Shown piece after piece: positions 1-9,812 of a stretch of 64,000 bases of DNA (its first letter is position 1; each line of letters opens with the position of its first letter). Position numbers and translations under genes: made by a program. The stretch covers positions 3,487,688-3,551,687 of the forward strand of contig CP070758.1 in assembly GCA_020348925.1 (NCBI GenBank). The letters are read 5' to 3'. Source of the DNA: Gemmatimonadota bacterium (lineage in GTDB: Bacteria > JBHIER01 > G020348925). Under the pieces are notes generated by a model. It did no database searches, had not been told where the DNA came from, and was given only the letters and a program-made list of their open reading frames with translations.

Positions 1-34
1 GAGCCTTTAAAACGTACCGTGTCAGAATTTTCAC
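1..34 (-). CDS. N-terminus of probable LptF/LptG (YjgP/YjgQ) permease, truncated by window edge
   Basis: Minus strand reads GGGAGG SD, then GTG AAA ATT CTG ACA CGG TAC GTT TTA AAG GCT (MKILTRYVLKA), resembling the typical LptF/G start MKILxRYxxxE. Only 11 codons are visible. Confidence 0.45.
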   Translation of the reverse strand, partial: MKILTRYVLKA

Positions 35-215
35 CGATTCCTCCCAAACTCAGTATTCATTGGTGGCCGCATCTTCCCCTCGTTCTTTTCTTCACATTGG
101 AACCCGCTGTCTCGGGTGAACCATCTCTCTGCACTTTGAAATCGATCTCCACGGCAATATCCTCTATGCTTTCATCTCCCTGTCACGCAGTACGCTTCCA
201 AACGTTCAACGTGCG

Positions 216-2630
216 CTATGATAATGCCGCTGTTGGAAATCGAATTATAAATTCTGTGCCCCTTTCATCCCGCCCATTTTCTGAATCAAAGACATTGCAC
301 TCCAGGGTGCCCTTGAGTTGATCCACCAAGAGCATCACCATTTGCAATCCCAATGACTGAATGTTTCGGAGATCGATATCCCTTTCAAACCCAATACCAT
401 TATCTCGCACAGTCAAGGTAAGCTGATGCTCGCCTTGGGGATGAAAGCCGATGAAAATTTCTCCTGTGCGGTCCCCCGGGAAGGCATGTTTTAAGGAATT
501 TGACACCAGTTCATTAAGAATTAAACCACATGGAATAGCCTCGTCGGTATCCAGTAAAATGTCAGTCACGTCAATTTTTGCCTCGATGGTACCGGTTTTT
601 ACTCCATAGGACTGGAAGAGGTGATTCGTCAAACGTCGGATGTACTGAGATACGTTGATTTTTGATACGCTTCGAGATTGATATAATTGTTCGTGGATAA
701 TTGCCATTGATTTCACGCGGTTTTGACTTTTCTGAAGAAGTTCGAATATTCCTCCATCCGCAACCTCTCCTTTGTGAAGATCAAGCAAGCTGGATACAAC
801 CTGTAAATTGTTTTTTACTCGATGATGAATTTCCCTGAGAAGCACCTCTTTCTCTTTCAGCGCAGCTTTGATCTGTCCCTCGGATCGTTTGCGTTCGGTA
901 ATATCTATCCAGCAGCCGACAATCTCTAGCGGTTTCCCCGTTTCATCCCGCACGAGTTTCATCTCGTCGCGAATCCAGATATATGTGCCGTCTTTCCTTT
1001 GGAATCGGTATTCGCATGTGTGGAATTCCTTCTCAAAAATGGTGGGCAGATCTTCCACAACACGCTGAACATCATCAGGATGTATACGATCAATCCAAAA
1101 ACGAGGAGTTTCAAGAAATTCCTTCGGTTCGTATCCAACCATTCGAATGACGTTTTCGCTCAGAAAGGTGGCTTCGTAATTACCCGAAGTTTTTGCAGTG
1201 TAAATGACTGGCGACGTCATGGAAAGCAAATATTGGAGTCTTTCATTTGCCAGAAGAATCTGTTCCTCCGCTTGCTTGCGCTGGGTAATATCTTCGACAG
1301 TTCCTTCATAATAAAGCGGTTTGCCATACTCATTCCTGACAACTCTTGCACTTTCACGAATAAACACAGTATTTCCATCCTGTCGCACCCAGGCAGATTC
1401 GAGGCCAATAACCGCACCTTCATTTTCCATACGTTCTTTAAATGCCGCGCGCGGGTATTCCGGTTCGAACCCCGTTTCTTCTAAATTGCGGCGAGCAAGT
1501 TCTTCAAAGGAGGTATACCCCAGCATGCGCATCATCGCCGGATTCGCCATAAGTATCTGGCCGTCAGCTGTCGTCCGATAGAGACCGATCATAGCATTTT
1601 CAAAAAGGGTTCGAAACCGTTCCTCCGCCTCAATAAGAGCTTGTTCCATTTTCTTTCGCTCTGTAATGTCATGAGAAATAATCTGAACAGCATGTATTTC
1701 GCCATCGATATCTCTTAAAGGCTGAATGTTCGACCAAAACCATCGCTTCCCTGATGGGAGTTCCATGGCATCTTCGAAACCGCAACTCACACCTGAATCC
1801 ATGACTTGACGATTTCTCTCCAAGAGCTCAACGGCCTTGTCTGGAAAAAGTTCGTGCATCGACTTTCCAATAAAATGTTCTGGCGCTCCGCCAAGATTCT
1901 TCGCTCCTATGACATTTACCATCAAAACAATACCACTTCTGTCGAAAAGTGTTACCGGATTGCCCGAATGTTCGAACAGCAGTCGGTATTTCTCTTCGCT
2001 CTCCCGGAGTGCCTTTTCAGTTTGTTTGCGCTCCCTTAATTCCCGCTTAAATTGTTCGTTGATTCTATGGACTTGAGCTGTACGCTCTTCAACCATCTCT
2101 TCGAGGTGCTCGTAGTATCGCTGTAATTCCAACTCCGCCTGTTTGCGCTCGCTCATATCAACACAGGCACACAGACCCATCATCACCCTGCCAAGGGCAT
2201 CGCGGACAGGATAGGTATTCGCGAGGAGATAACATATCGATTTATCCGCCCGCTGGTCTTTCCATTCAAGGCTGTAAAAACTCTGTCCTTTAAAGACAGC
2301 AGCGAGGATTTTTTTCCTTCTCCGTCGCTCGCTTGAATCGGCCAATTTCTTCAAAAGTGACGTGTTGACAATCTCCCTTGGCCTGAGACCGTAAAGTTCC
2401 TCAAATGCTCTGTTCCAGATCTGGATGTTGCCTTCCCGGTCGAAACCGAAACAGGCGATGGGGAGGTTATTAAACAGCGTCCGAAACAATCCGTTTGATT
2501 CGTGGTGCATAGTCTCCAAGAGTTTCTCCTGAGACTCATTTGTTTCCGTTCCTTCACTCTGGTGACGCACCTCTTCCTGTTCCTCTGAACGATGAACCTG
2601 AGTTTTTCTGCTATCTTTCATCGCGTGCAT
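216..2630 (-). CDS. Multi-PAS/PAC sensor histidine kinase (HisKA_2 type)
   Basis: Four PAS/PAC repeats ending D(I/M)(T/S)xRK, H-box EIHHRVKNNLQ, N-box NELVSNSLKHAF, DNGIG, SLGL. Confidence 0.93.
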   Translation of the reverse strand: MHAMKDSRKTQVHRSEEQEEVRHQSEGTETNESQEKLLETMHHESNGLFRTLFNNLPIACFGFDREGNIQIWNRAFEELYGLRPREIVNTSLLKKLADSSERRRRKKILAAVFKGQSFYSLEWKDQRADKSICYLLANTYPVRDALGRVMMGLCACVDMSERKQAELELQRYYEHLEEMVEERTAQVHRINEQFKRELRERKQTEKALRESEEKYRLLFEHSGNPVTLFDRSGIVLMVNVIGAKNLGGAPEHFIGKSMHELFPDKAVELLERNRQVMDSGVSCGFEDAMELPSGKRWFWSNIQPLRDIDGEIHAVQIISHDITERKKMEQALIEAEERFRTLFENAMIGLYRTTADGQILMANPAMMRMLGYTSFEELARRNLEETGFEPEYPRAAFKERMENEGAVIGLESAWVRQDGNTVFIRESARVVRNEYGKPLYYEGTVEDITQRKQAEEQILLANERLQYLLSMTSPVIYTAKTSGNYEATFLSENVIRMVGYEPKEFLETPRFWIDRIHPDDVQRVVEDLPTIFEKEFHTCEYRFQRKDGTYIWIRDEMKLVRDETGKPLEIVGCWIDITERKRSEGQIKAALKEKEVLLREIHHRVKNNLQVVSSLLDLHKGEVADGGIFELLQKSQNRVKSMAIIHEQLYQSRSVSKINVSQYIRRLTNHLFQSYGVKTGTIEAKIDVTDILLDTDEAIPCGLILNELVSNSLKHAFPGDRTGEIFIGFHPQGEHQLTLTVRDNGIGFERDIDLRNIQSLGLQMVMLLVDQLKGTLECNVFDSENGRDERGTEFIIRFPTAALS

Positions 2631-2766
2631 TCCGCAACGGCTCTTTCGTATTTTTGAGGCACCTCAATATGAGGACCCCACATCGCGATGCTTTGACCGA
2701 ACGTGGCAGACTTCGCTTGTTGTGGTCTTTTTCTCATCGAAATATTCGGCGGTGAATGATTTCCAT

Positions 2767-3825
2767 CTAAGATTCTTTTCTCTCGACTACGGGCACAACG
2801 AGGGAATCGAGTTGCGCAGATTCGCTTTTCCCCAGGAGCCGAAGAAATCTTCTTATGATTTTTTCCTCGAATGACCACAGTTCCTTTTCATCAGCGGAGA
2901 AACAATCCATCCACCCACCAGCCATCATGCCATGGCCTCCGGCTCTCCCTTTCCTCCCCACGAGGCGTCGGATAATACGGCCGGCCTCGGCTCTGGGGTT
3001 TGATGTCCGGACTGAGATTATGAGTTTGTTCTCAAATCGTCCCAGACAAAGGGACCACGTCGCTTTCTCGTGCCTCAGGAGCAAATCGGCAAATTCTGGT
3101 ATGATATCCGGATTCTCAACCGATCCGATCCGAGAGCCAATGACATTCTTGTGGATGAACGCATTCTCCAAAGCATGATCGACGTACGTATAATAGGACT
3201 GGGGGAGTGGTGGAAATTCTATCTTCGCCAAGGTCCGCATGTTTGCCGAAGAGAACAGCGTCATGTAGGCTTTCACATCCGCTTCGGTAGCTTGGCGACC
3301 GAGATTTCTTGTATCCGAGGCTATCCCGTAAAAGAGTGCTGTGGCCAAAGGAGACGGGATCTCAAGAGCGGCTTCCTGTAAATACTCGGTCACAATGGTA
3401 GAAGTAGCACCGTACGTCTCTCTGACATCAACACACGGGGCGTTGAATCCTCTTCGCCGGGGATGATGATCGATAACCACGGTCGGTGCAGCCCACTGTG
3501 GTAAGGAATTGTTACCGGTGCCGGGTTGCGTGTCGACCAGGGCAAAATCCTTGAACGCTCTGAGATTCAGCTTTTCAACAGGTTCCAATCGAAGCTTCAG
3601 AAGACGCAGCATGGTTTTGTTCTCGGCACGACCAATTGTTCCTCCGTAGGCCGCTCGAACGCGAACTCCCCATTTGTTCTGAAACAAATATCTCAATCCC
3701 TCGGCGCTGGCCAATGCATCGGGATCAGGATTGTCGTGAGTGAGCACCACAAGCCTCTCGCCGGAGTGAGCCACCTGTTCGAGTTGAATGAGTTTTTCAT
3801 GTGTCACTGCGTCTTCATTGCCCAT
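2767..3825 (-). CDS. DHH/DHHA1 family phosphoesterase
   Basis: HDNPDPDALAS, VDT, IDHH, SDT, SVRT and GGH motifs. Confidence 0.9.
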   Translation of the reverse strand: MGNEDAVTHEKLIQLEQVAHSGERLVVLTHDNPDPDALASAEGLRYLFQNKWGVRVRAAYGGTIGRAENKTMLRLLKLRLEPVEKLNLRAFKDFALVDTQPGTGNNSLPQWAAPTVVIDHHPRRRGFNAPCVDVRETYGATSTIVTEYLQEAALEIPSPLATALFYGIASDTRNLGRQATEADVKAYMTLFSSANMRTLAKIEFPPLPQSYYTYVDHALENAFIHKNVIGSRIGSVENPDIIPEFADLLLRHEKATWSLCLGRFENKLIISVRTSNPRAEAGRIIRRLVGRKGRAGGHGMMAGGWMDCFSADEKELWSFEEKIIRRFLRLLGKSESAQLDSLVVPVVERKES

Positions 3826-3843
3826 GATGAATCCCGCTCTCTT

Positions 3844-4962
3844 CTATGTACCCAGATCGGTTTTGATTTGAAACAAATCCATAATATCTCTTCTGGTAAT
3901 GACACCGACCAATGTATCTCCGGCGAAGACGGGGAGTCGTCCCTGTCCGGTCCGAAGCATGATACTGAGCGCCTCAACGGCCTCACCTTGTGGATGAAGC
4001 TTCTCGATAGCGGGCAGAGGCGCCATGATCTCTTTGATCCTCGTCGTGGCCCATTGAGATCTGGGAATCTCCTTGACGTCGTGCAGCGTGACACATCCAG
4101 TAATACGATCGCCGTCAAGAACGGGAAAACCGTGAAACCGATGTTTAAAGAAGAAATCCTCGACAAGGGTGTCGAGGTTCTGCGAACCGTCAACGACCAC
4201 GACATCTCGACTCATCAAATCGCCTACAGTAACGCCTGACAGATTCTCTTTATACGCCACTCGCATGTAACTCATTTGAGCGGCCTGATGGAGAAACGTT
4301 CCGATGAGCACATACCATATGCCTGATAAGTTTCCTCCAATTACGCTGAGAATCCCAACAATGAGCAGAAGGTAGGCGAACATCTTTCCCGCGCGGCTCG
4401 CGATATTCGTGGCCTTTTTAAAATTACCCGTCCTCCTCCACAGGACGGCCCGCAAGACGCGGCCTCCGTCAAGGGGAAAACCTGGAATGATGTTAAACAG
4501 AGCCAAAACAACGTTGAGATATGCGACGTATCGAATGAGAGTGCCCACCTGAGGTGTGACGATGGAATTCATCAGAAATGCTACGATCCAGCACAGGAAC
4601 CCCAGAGCGAGACTCGTAACGGGACCTGCCGCGGCCATGTTGAGCTCCGAGGAGGCATCCTTTGGCTCTTCGGCCATTTCCGCCATACCCCCAAATATGA
4701 ACAGCGTGATGGTTCGTATCTCCATACCGTACCGTCTGGCCACGAGGGAATGGCTCAACTCGTGCAGGAGAACCGAAGCAAAGAGCATCACCGTGGCAAT
4801 CGAACCCTGAACCCAGTAGATCAACGGAGACATGCCGGGGAGGACTCTCGGGAAATACCCCGTCGCCAATCCCCAGGTGGCCAGCCCAAAGATAATGAAC
4901 CACGTATAGTCAATGGCTATCTGAAACCCGGAAATACGGACGAGATTCAATCTTCCGGTCAT
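3844..4962 (-). CDS. Site-2 protease (M50) with CBS domain pair
   Basis: HELSH zinc motif, FNIIPGFPLDGGR, several TM segments, two C-terminal CBS domains. Confidence 0.93.
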   Translation of the reverse strand: MTGRLNLVRISGFQIAIDYTWFIIFGLATWGLATGYFPRVLPGMSPLIYWVQGSIATVMLFASVLLHELSHSLVARRYGMEIRTITLFIFGGMAEMAEEPKDASSELNMAAAGPVTSLALGFLCWIVAFLMNSIVTPQVGTLIRYVAYLNVVLALFNIIPGFPLDGGRVLRAVLWRRTGNFKKATNIASRAGKMFAYLLLIVGILSVIGGNLSGIWYVLIGTFLHQAAQMSYMRVAYKENLSGVTVGDLMSRDVVVVDGSQNLDTLVEDFFFKHRFHGFPVLDGDRITGCVTLHDVKEIPRSQWATTRIKEIMAPLPAIEKLHPQGEAVEALSIMLRTGQGRLPVFAGDTLVGVITRRDIMDLFQIKTDLGT

Positions 4963-5095
4963 TCATTCTCCTTTTCCCTCAACCTCTGCACTCAGGAATA
5001 CCATGAGATCGGACATCCCAAAGCGTCTTGATGACGAACACCTCCTCGCAGACGAGTTGCGCTGAAAAGATGCTCCTTCATTCCGGCAACATACC

Positions 5096-5124
5096 AATAT
5101 AGAGAAGTGTTCGGAACAAGTCAA
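5096..5124 (-). promoter_or_regulatory. Sigma70-type promoter for the S2P-DHH unit
   Basis: TTGACT-17 bp-TATATT on the minus strand. Confidence 0.55.
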
Positions 5125-5207
5125 GAGGGGTCCTTTCAGCGACCACCATGTTCACTCATGAATGTAGCACCTCTTCGTCAATTCCCTTAAAGCCCCAACT
5201 GGGCCAT

Positions 5208-6239
5208 TTATGAGACACAAGTGCCGACAAGAGGGATTTCATTGCCGCAGCAAGGACAACTATGATCCCGCAGCGTATAGGTGAGAATTGAATATCGGTG
5301 TCTTTCGATGAGGAGTTTTCCGCACCGATCGCAATAGGTGTTCTCGGCCGGATGGCCGGGGATATTTCCCAGGTAGACGAACCGGAGACCCTGCTCATGT
5401 CCAATCTCTTTGGCTTTTTCCAAGGTTTTGGCGTGAGTTTTTTGTACATGGGACAGCTTGAAATGCGGGACAAAACGGGTCACATGCCAGGGTGTCTCTT
5501 CTCCAAGTCGCGTTACAATCCAGGCCGCAATATCTTTCAGCTCATCCACGTCGTCATTATACCCCGGGATAATGTTCGTAACAACCTCCACCCACATCCC
5601 CCACTTCCCCTTGGCCCGCTCTACGACCTTCAACAACTCTCCCACGTTTGTGACGTTGGCAATCTTTTTATATGTCTTTGGGCGAAAACCTTTGATGTCT
5701 ACACGGAAAGCATCCAGGTAAGGGCCGATGAGATCCAAAGCCTCAGGTGACATGTATCCGTTCGTCACATAATTGGTATACAAACCCGCTTGTTTGGCCA
5801 GCTTCGCTCCATCGAGAGTGTATTCGAACCACAGGGTCGGTTCGTTATACGTCCAGGAAATACCCTGACAGCCGTGCTCTTTTGCCAAAAACACAGCCTC
5901 TTCCGGTGAAATATACTGGCCTTCTTCACCGTTCTCTCTAGGCTCTTGATGGGCGATGTCCCAATTCTGACAACCGGGACACTTGAAATTGCATCCGTGG
6001 GAGCCCAAAGAAAAGGCTCGACTTCCGGGATAAAAATGGAAGAGGGGTTTGATCTCGATGGGTGCCACGTGTTGGACAACAACGCGACCGTATGCAAGCG
6101 AGTAGAGCCGCCCCTCCCTGTTACGACGCGTGCCGCAATAACCACGCTGCCCCACAGATATGGTGCACCGCCTCAGGCACATGTGACACCGAACGTCGCT
6201 GTTATTGAGGGGTTCGTATAGAAGACTTTCCCGAATCAC
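5208..6239 (-). CDS. amrS: AmmeMemoRadiSam system radical SAM enzyme
   Basis: CxxCxxxC N-terminus, PIEIKPLFHFYPG, CNFKCPGCQNW, TYNEP, C-terminal YLGN..TYC..C. GTG start. Confidence 0.9.
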   Translation of the reverse strand: MIRESLLYEPLNNSDVRCHMCLRRCTISVGQRGYCGTRRNREGRLYSLAYGRVVVQHVAPIEIKPLFHFYPGSRAFSLGSHGCNFKCPGCQNWDIAHQEPRENGEEGQYISPEEAVFLAKEHGCQGISWTYNEPTLWFEYTLDGAKLAKQAGLYTNYVTNGYMSPEALDLIGPYLDAFRVDIKGFRPKTYKKIANVTNVGELLKVVERAKGKWGMWVEVVTNIIPGYNDDVDELKDIAAWIVTRLGEETPWHVTRFVPHFKLSHVQKTHAKTLEKAKEIGHEQGLRFVYLGNIPGHPAENTYCDRCGKLLIERHRYSILTYTLRDHSCPCCGNEIPLVGTCVS

Positions 6240-6509
6240 TCAATCCCTTACACGCTTTAAGGGGGATGAAATATGGTTCTGCTATATCAAACAGCACCCT
6301 TTTTTCATTTTTTTCAAGGATCGTGCTATTGCTTGTTTTTGACAATCTGCTATTTGTGGTCCATCACATGCGATGGCCGACAAGCTCATGTATTCGTAAA
6401 TGAGAACAGAGGACGCTGAAAATTCGAGACAAAATCGTGATCAAGTGCTTAAGGAATGACATCGCAGCCGTCCGGAAATAACTTCATAGCAAGCAATACA
6501 ACGATCATG

Positions 6510-6820
6510 TTAACAGATACCAATCACATACTGGCGTTGATCGAGTAGGCACCGTCGCAGACGGATGGCCAAGGATCGGGCTACGGCCACGAAGGCTATA
6601 TTGGCTTCGGTGCCCTGAGCTCGAATGCGATTATATTTCGCCCTCAAATGTGGGTCATGCCTAATAACAGTCCAGGCGCTGTCAATGAGCACATGTCTCA
6701 GATAAGCATTACCTTCCCGGATAAAATGCCCAAGACGGACATGTTTCCCGGAAGAGTGCTGCGAAGGTGTCAACCCCAGATAACTGGAGAACCGAGTCGT
6801 TTTTCTGAATCTCTGAAATG
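6510..6820 (-). pseudogene. IS110-family transposase C-terminal fragment (Transposase_20)
   Basis: RFSSYLGLTPSQHSSGK..GNAYLRHVL..AVARSLA motifs. The N-terminal DEDD/RuvC domain is missing and agmatinase ends about 45 bp upstream. Confidence 0.85.
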
Positions 6821-6864
6821 TTGAACCCGGAGTTTTGGTTTTTCGTTCCGAGTTCAATGCATAA

Positions 6865-7668
6865 TTATCCCACCATCCTCGCCACGATTTCCTTCAATAT
6901 CTTAGCACAAGCCATGGCCGTGATGCCTGCTGGATCCCGGTCGGGATTGAATTCGACAATGTCCGCGCCGACAACAGCCGGCGCGTTGACATTCTGAATG
7001 AGTCTGATCGCTTGCCGTGTCGTCAATCCTCCCGGTTCGTGATGTGAGACGCCCGGGGCAAAGGCCGGATCGAGGACATCCACGTCAAAAGAGATATATA
7101 ATGGCTCGCTAAATTCGAAGCTGAGATCGTCATGCCAGTCCTTCATCTCATTCACTTCAACACCAAATTTTTGTGCCCGCTCGCGTTGATGACCATTCAC
7201 TGCTCTTATACCCACTTGAACCAGCCGCTCGACGAGTCCTTCCTCCATGATCCTGGCAAAGGGACAAGCATGGGAGTACCGATTCCCATCGAGTTCGTCA
7301 TAAAGATCAGGGTGGGCATCAAATTGGAGAACATGCAACCTGGGATACTTCTCACTGAAAGCCTTGATGATGGGATACGTCACCGCGTGATCACCGCCAA
7401 GTGAGATGGGAATGGACTTCTTATTGAGAAGGTCTGTAATGGTACTCTCGATCCTTTCCATTGGATTTTCAGAACTGTTGAAGGCGACATCACCGGCATC
7501 AACAATGACGGAATCGCCACCGAGATCCAATCCGCTCTCGCTCCATGTGTTGGTCGAATCACAATGGAAGGCATCCCGTATCTGTTGCGGTGCCTGTGCC
7601 GGGCCTCTCAAAAAAGAGGATTGCTTGTCGTCGGGAAGGCCAATGATGGCTATTTTTCTCTGTTCCAT
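6865..7668 (-). CDS. speB: Agmatinase (ureohydrolase family)
   Basis: GGDHAVT, DAHPD, SFDVDVLDP..PGG and VEFNP motifs. Confidence 0.85.
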   Translation of the reverse strand: MEQRKIAIIGLPDDKQSSFLRGPAQAPQQIRDAFHCDSTNTWSESGLDLGGDSVIVDAGDVAFNSSENPMERIESTITDLLNKKSIPISLGGDHAVTYPIIKAFSEKYPRLHVLQFDAHPDLYDELDGNRYSHACPFARIMEEGLVERLVQVGIRAVNGHQRERAQKFGVEVNEMKDWHDDLSFEFSEPLYISFDVDVLDPAFAPGVSHHEPGGLTTRQAIRLIQNVNAPAVVGADIVEFNPDRDPAGITAMACAKILKEIVARMVG

Positions 7669-7850
7669 AAGGCTTAGGGCACAAATGCTTCAAGCATGAT
7701 GGCATCGGACTTTCGAAGTCTGCAAGACTTCGAAAGTCGTGCGATTTTCTTGAGGAGATCGAAGGCCAAAACTCGACATCATTCGAAAGATATCTAACCT
7801 GGTATATTCATGTTCCGTTGAGTTTAAGGTGGTTTCATGAAGTATCCAGG

Positions 7851-8816
7851 CTAAATAGCCTCAATCGTCGAAGGCGGTTTCCCGGTTATGTTGTACGTGA
7901 CGCTCACCACCCCGGGCACTTCCGTCGTTATTCGTGCCGCCAATGTATCCAGAGTTTCATAAGGCAGTCTCGTGGGCGATCCCTCCTTGGCATCCGTGCT
8001 GTCCCAACATCTGACCTCTATTTGCAGTCCAAAGTCTCTCTTCCCCTCTCTCATTCCTGTAACCCTGTCTTCATGCAGCACCGCCAGATACTGAAAGGCA
8101 CCAACACCACCCAACTCCTCTTCAACAATTTTCGTAGCTTTGCGGACGGTTTCGACTCTGGTTGGCGTGACTTCCCCTATGACTCGTGTCGCCAGCGCAG
8201 GTCCGGGAAAGGGCGGTCTGCTGTACATCTCTTCCGGTAATCCCAAAACTCTCCCAACCTCCCGTATTCCCGATTTTCGCAGTTGGATTAACGGTTCCAT
8301 GACTTTATATCCGAACGCCTCTTCGGTGTCGATGCCGAGCTGCTCCAAGATATTGTGCTGTCTCTTGATGCCGGCCACGGTCTCTTCAACGTCCGTGTAG
8401 TTTGTACCCTGCAAGAGATAGTGTGCTTCGCTCTCTCTGATCAAATCGCCGAAAATATCTTTGTAAAATGTCTGGGTAACGGCCTCTCTCTTTTCTTCGG
8501 GATCGGTTTTCCCTTTCAAGGCATCAAAAAACCGGTCCTTGGCGTCAATAACCTCTATCGGAACGCTCAAATCTTCGAACCATGTGGCAATCTGCTGCGG
8601 TTCCCCTTCCCGCATGAGACCGCTGTCTATGAAATATGTCTTGAGCCGATCGCCCAACGCTTTATGACCCAACAACGTCACCACCGAAGAATCGACTCCC
8701 CCGGAAAGGGCATTGACAGCAAAGCCTGTGCCTACGGTAGAAGATATCTCCTCCACTTTCTGTTTTACAAACTCTTCTGGTTGGAGTTTTTCAGTCTTAA
8801 TTTCCTGAATGTCCAT
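7851..8816 (-). CDS. guaAB: GMP synthase ATP-pyrophosphatase subunit (split GuaAB type, no GATase domain)
   Basis: PP-loop SGGVDSS, DPEEKR, IKRQHN, PFPGPALA, KPPSTIE. 321 aa with no glutamine amidotransferase domain. Confidence 0.85.
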   Translation of the reverse strand: MDIQEIKTEKLQPEEFVKQKVEEISSTVGTGFAVNALSGGVDSSVVTLLGHKALGDRLKTYFIDSGLMREGEPQQIATWFEDLSVPIEVIDAKDRFFDALKGKTDPEEKREAVTQTFYKDIFGDLIRESEAHYLLQGTNYTDVEETVAGIKRQHNILEQLGIDTEEAFGYKVMEPLIQLRKSGIREVGRVLGLPEEMYSRPPFPGPALATRVIGEVTPTRVETVRKATKIVEEELGGVGAFQYLAVLHEDRVTGMREGKRDFGLQIEVRCWDSTDAKEGSPTRLPYETLDTLAARITTEVPGVVSVTYNITGKPPSTIEAI

Positions 8817-8856
8817 TTCGCTCTCCTGTTACTTCGTGCTGTTTTATCAGGTTCGG

Positions 8857-9630
8857 TCAATATGATTTGTCGCCACCCAGGAGCCCACCCAAGAGATCAC
8901 CCCCGATACCGGCGACACCCTTCTGCTCGCCCTTCTGTTGAAAGCGGGACGCAGCAAAGATGCGGTCGGCGAGTCGCGAGAAAGGCAGACTTTGCAGATA
9001 GACAAGCCCCGGCCCGGTCAATCTGGCGAGAAAAATTCCCTCTCCGCCGAAGAGGGCGTTCTTGAATCCACCGACAAATTGGATGTCGTAATCAACAGAA
9101 GGTGAAAAGGCCACCAAACATCCTGTGTCAACACGCAGCGTCTCATGAGCTTTAAGTTCTCTCGTGACTATTGTGCCACCCGCATGAACGAAAGCCATCC
9201 CAGAACCTTCGAGCCGCTGCAGGATAAATCCCTCACCGCCGAACAGGCCTGCTCCGATTTTTTTCGTAAAAGCTATTTCGATTTCGATACCTCTGGCGGC
9301 GCATAAAAAGGCATCTTTTTGACACAGAAATCGACCTCCGAGTTTATCCAGCTCGAGAGGAATGATTTTGCCCGGATACGGAGCACCGAAGGCAACATGC
9401 CCTTTCCCTTTTCCGTTATAGAGAAAGGTCGTGATAAAGAAACTCTCCCCGGTGACTATTCGTTTGAAGCCCTTGAACAGACCGCCGCCTGTGGACGTTT
9501 GCATTTCAATTCCCTCGCACATATACATCATCGCCCCGGCCTCCGCCCTGATTCCTTCACCGGGATCCAATTCGATTTCAACGAGCTGCATATCGTCGCC
9601 GAAGATTTTGTAGTCAATAATATCCGCCAT
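8857..9630 (-). CDS. TIGR00266/AIM24 family protein
   Basis: GDDMQLVEIELDPGE..AEAGAM, GESFF, FGGEGF, LQSLPFSRLA. ATG at 9630 chosen as start. Confidence 0.9.
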   Translation of the reverse strand: MADIIDYKIFGDDMQLVEIELDPGEGIRAEAGAMMYMCEGIEMQTSTGGGLFKGFKRIVTGESFFITTFLYNGKGKGHVAFGAPYPGKIIPLELDKLGGRFLCQKDAFLCAARGIEIEIAFTKKIGAGLFGGEGFILQRLEGSGMAFVHAGGTIVTRELKAHETLRVDTGCLVAFSPSVDYDIQFVGGFKNALFGGEGIFLARLTGPGLVYLQSLPFSRLADRIFAASRFQQKGEQKGVAGIGGDLLGGLLGGDKSY

Positions 9631-9812
9631 ATTCAAAACTCCCTGCAGTTCCTCCTGCCTCAATTCCTAACTGTCATTCCTGCCGGAATACCGGAATCCC
9701 CAAGACAGTAAGAACATGATGCAAATTGAAGAGACGCCTGTCTTATTTTACAGATGTTATCTCCGGAAAAATCCGACCTGTATTTCCTTTCAAAAATTAC
9801 TTTAACAAGGGC

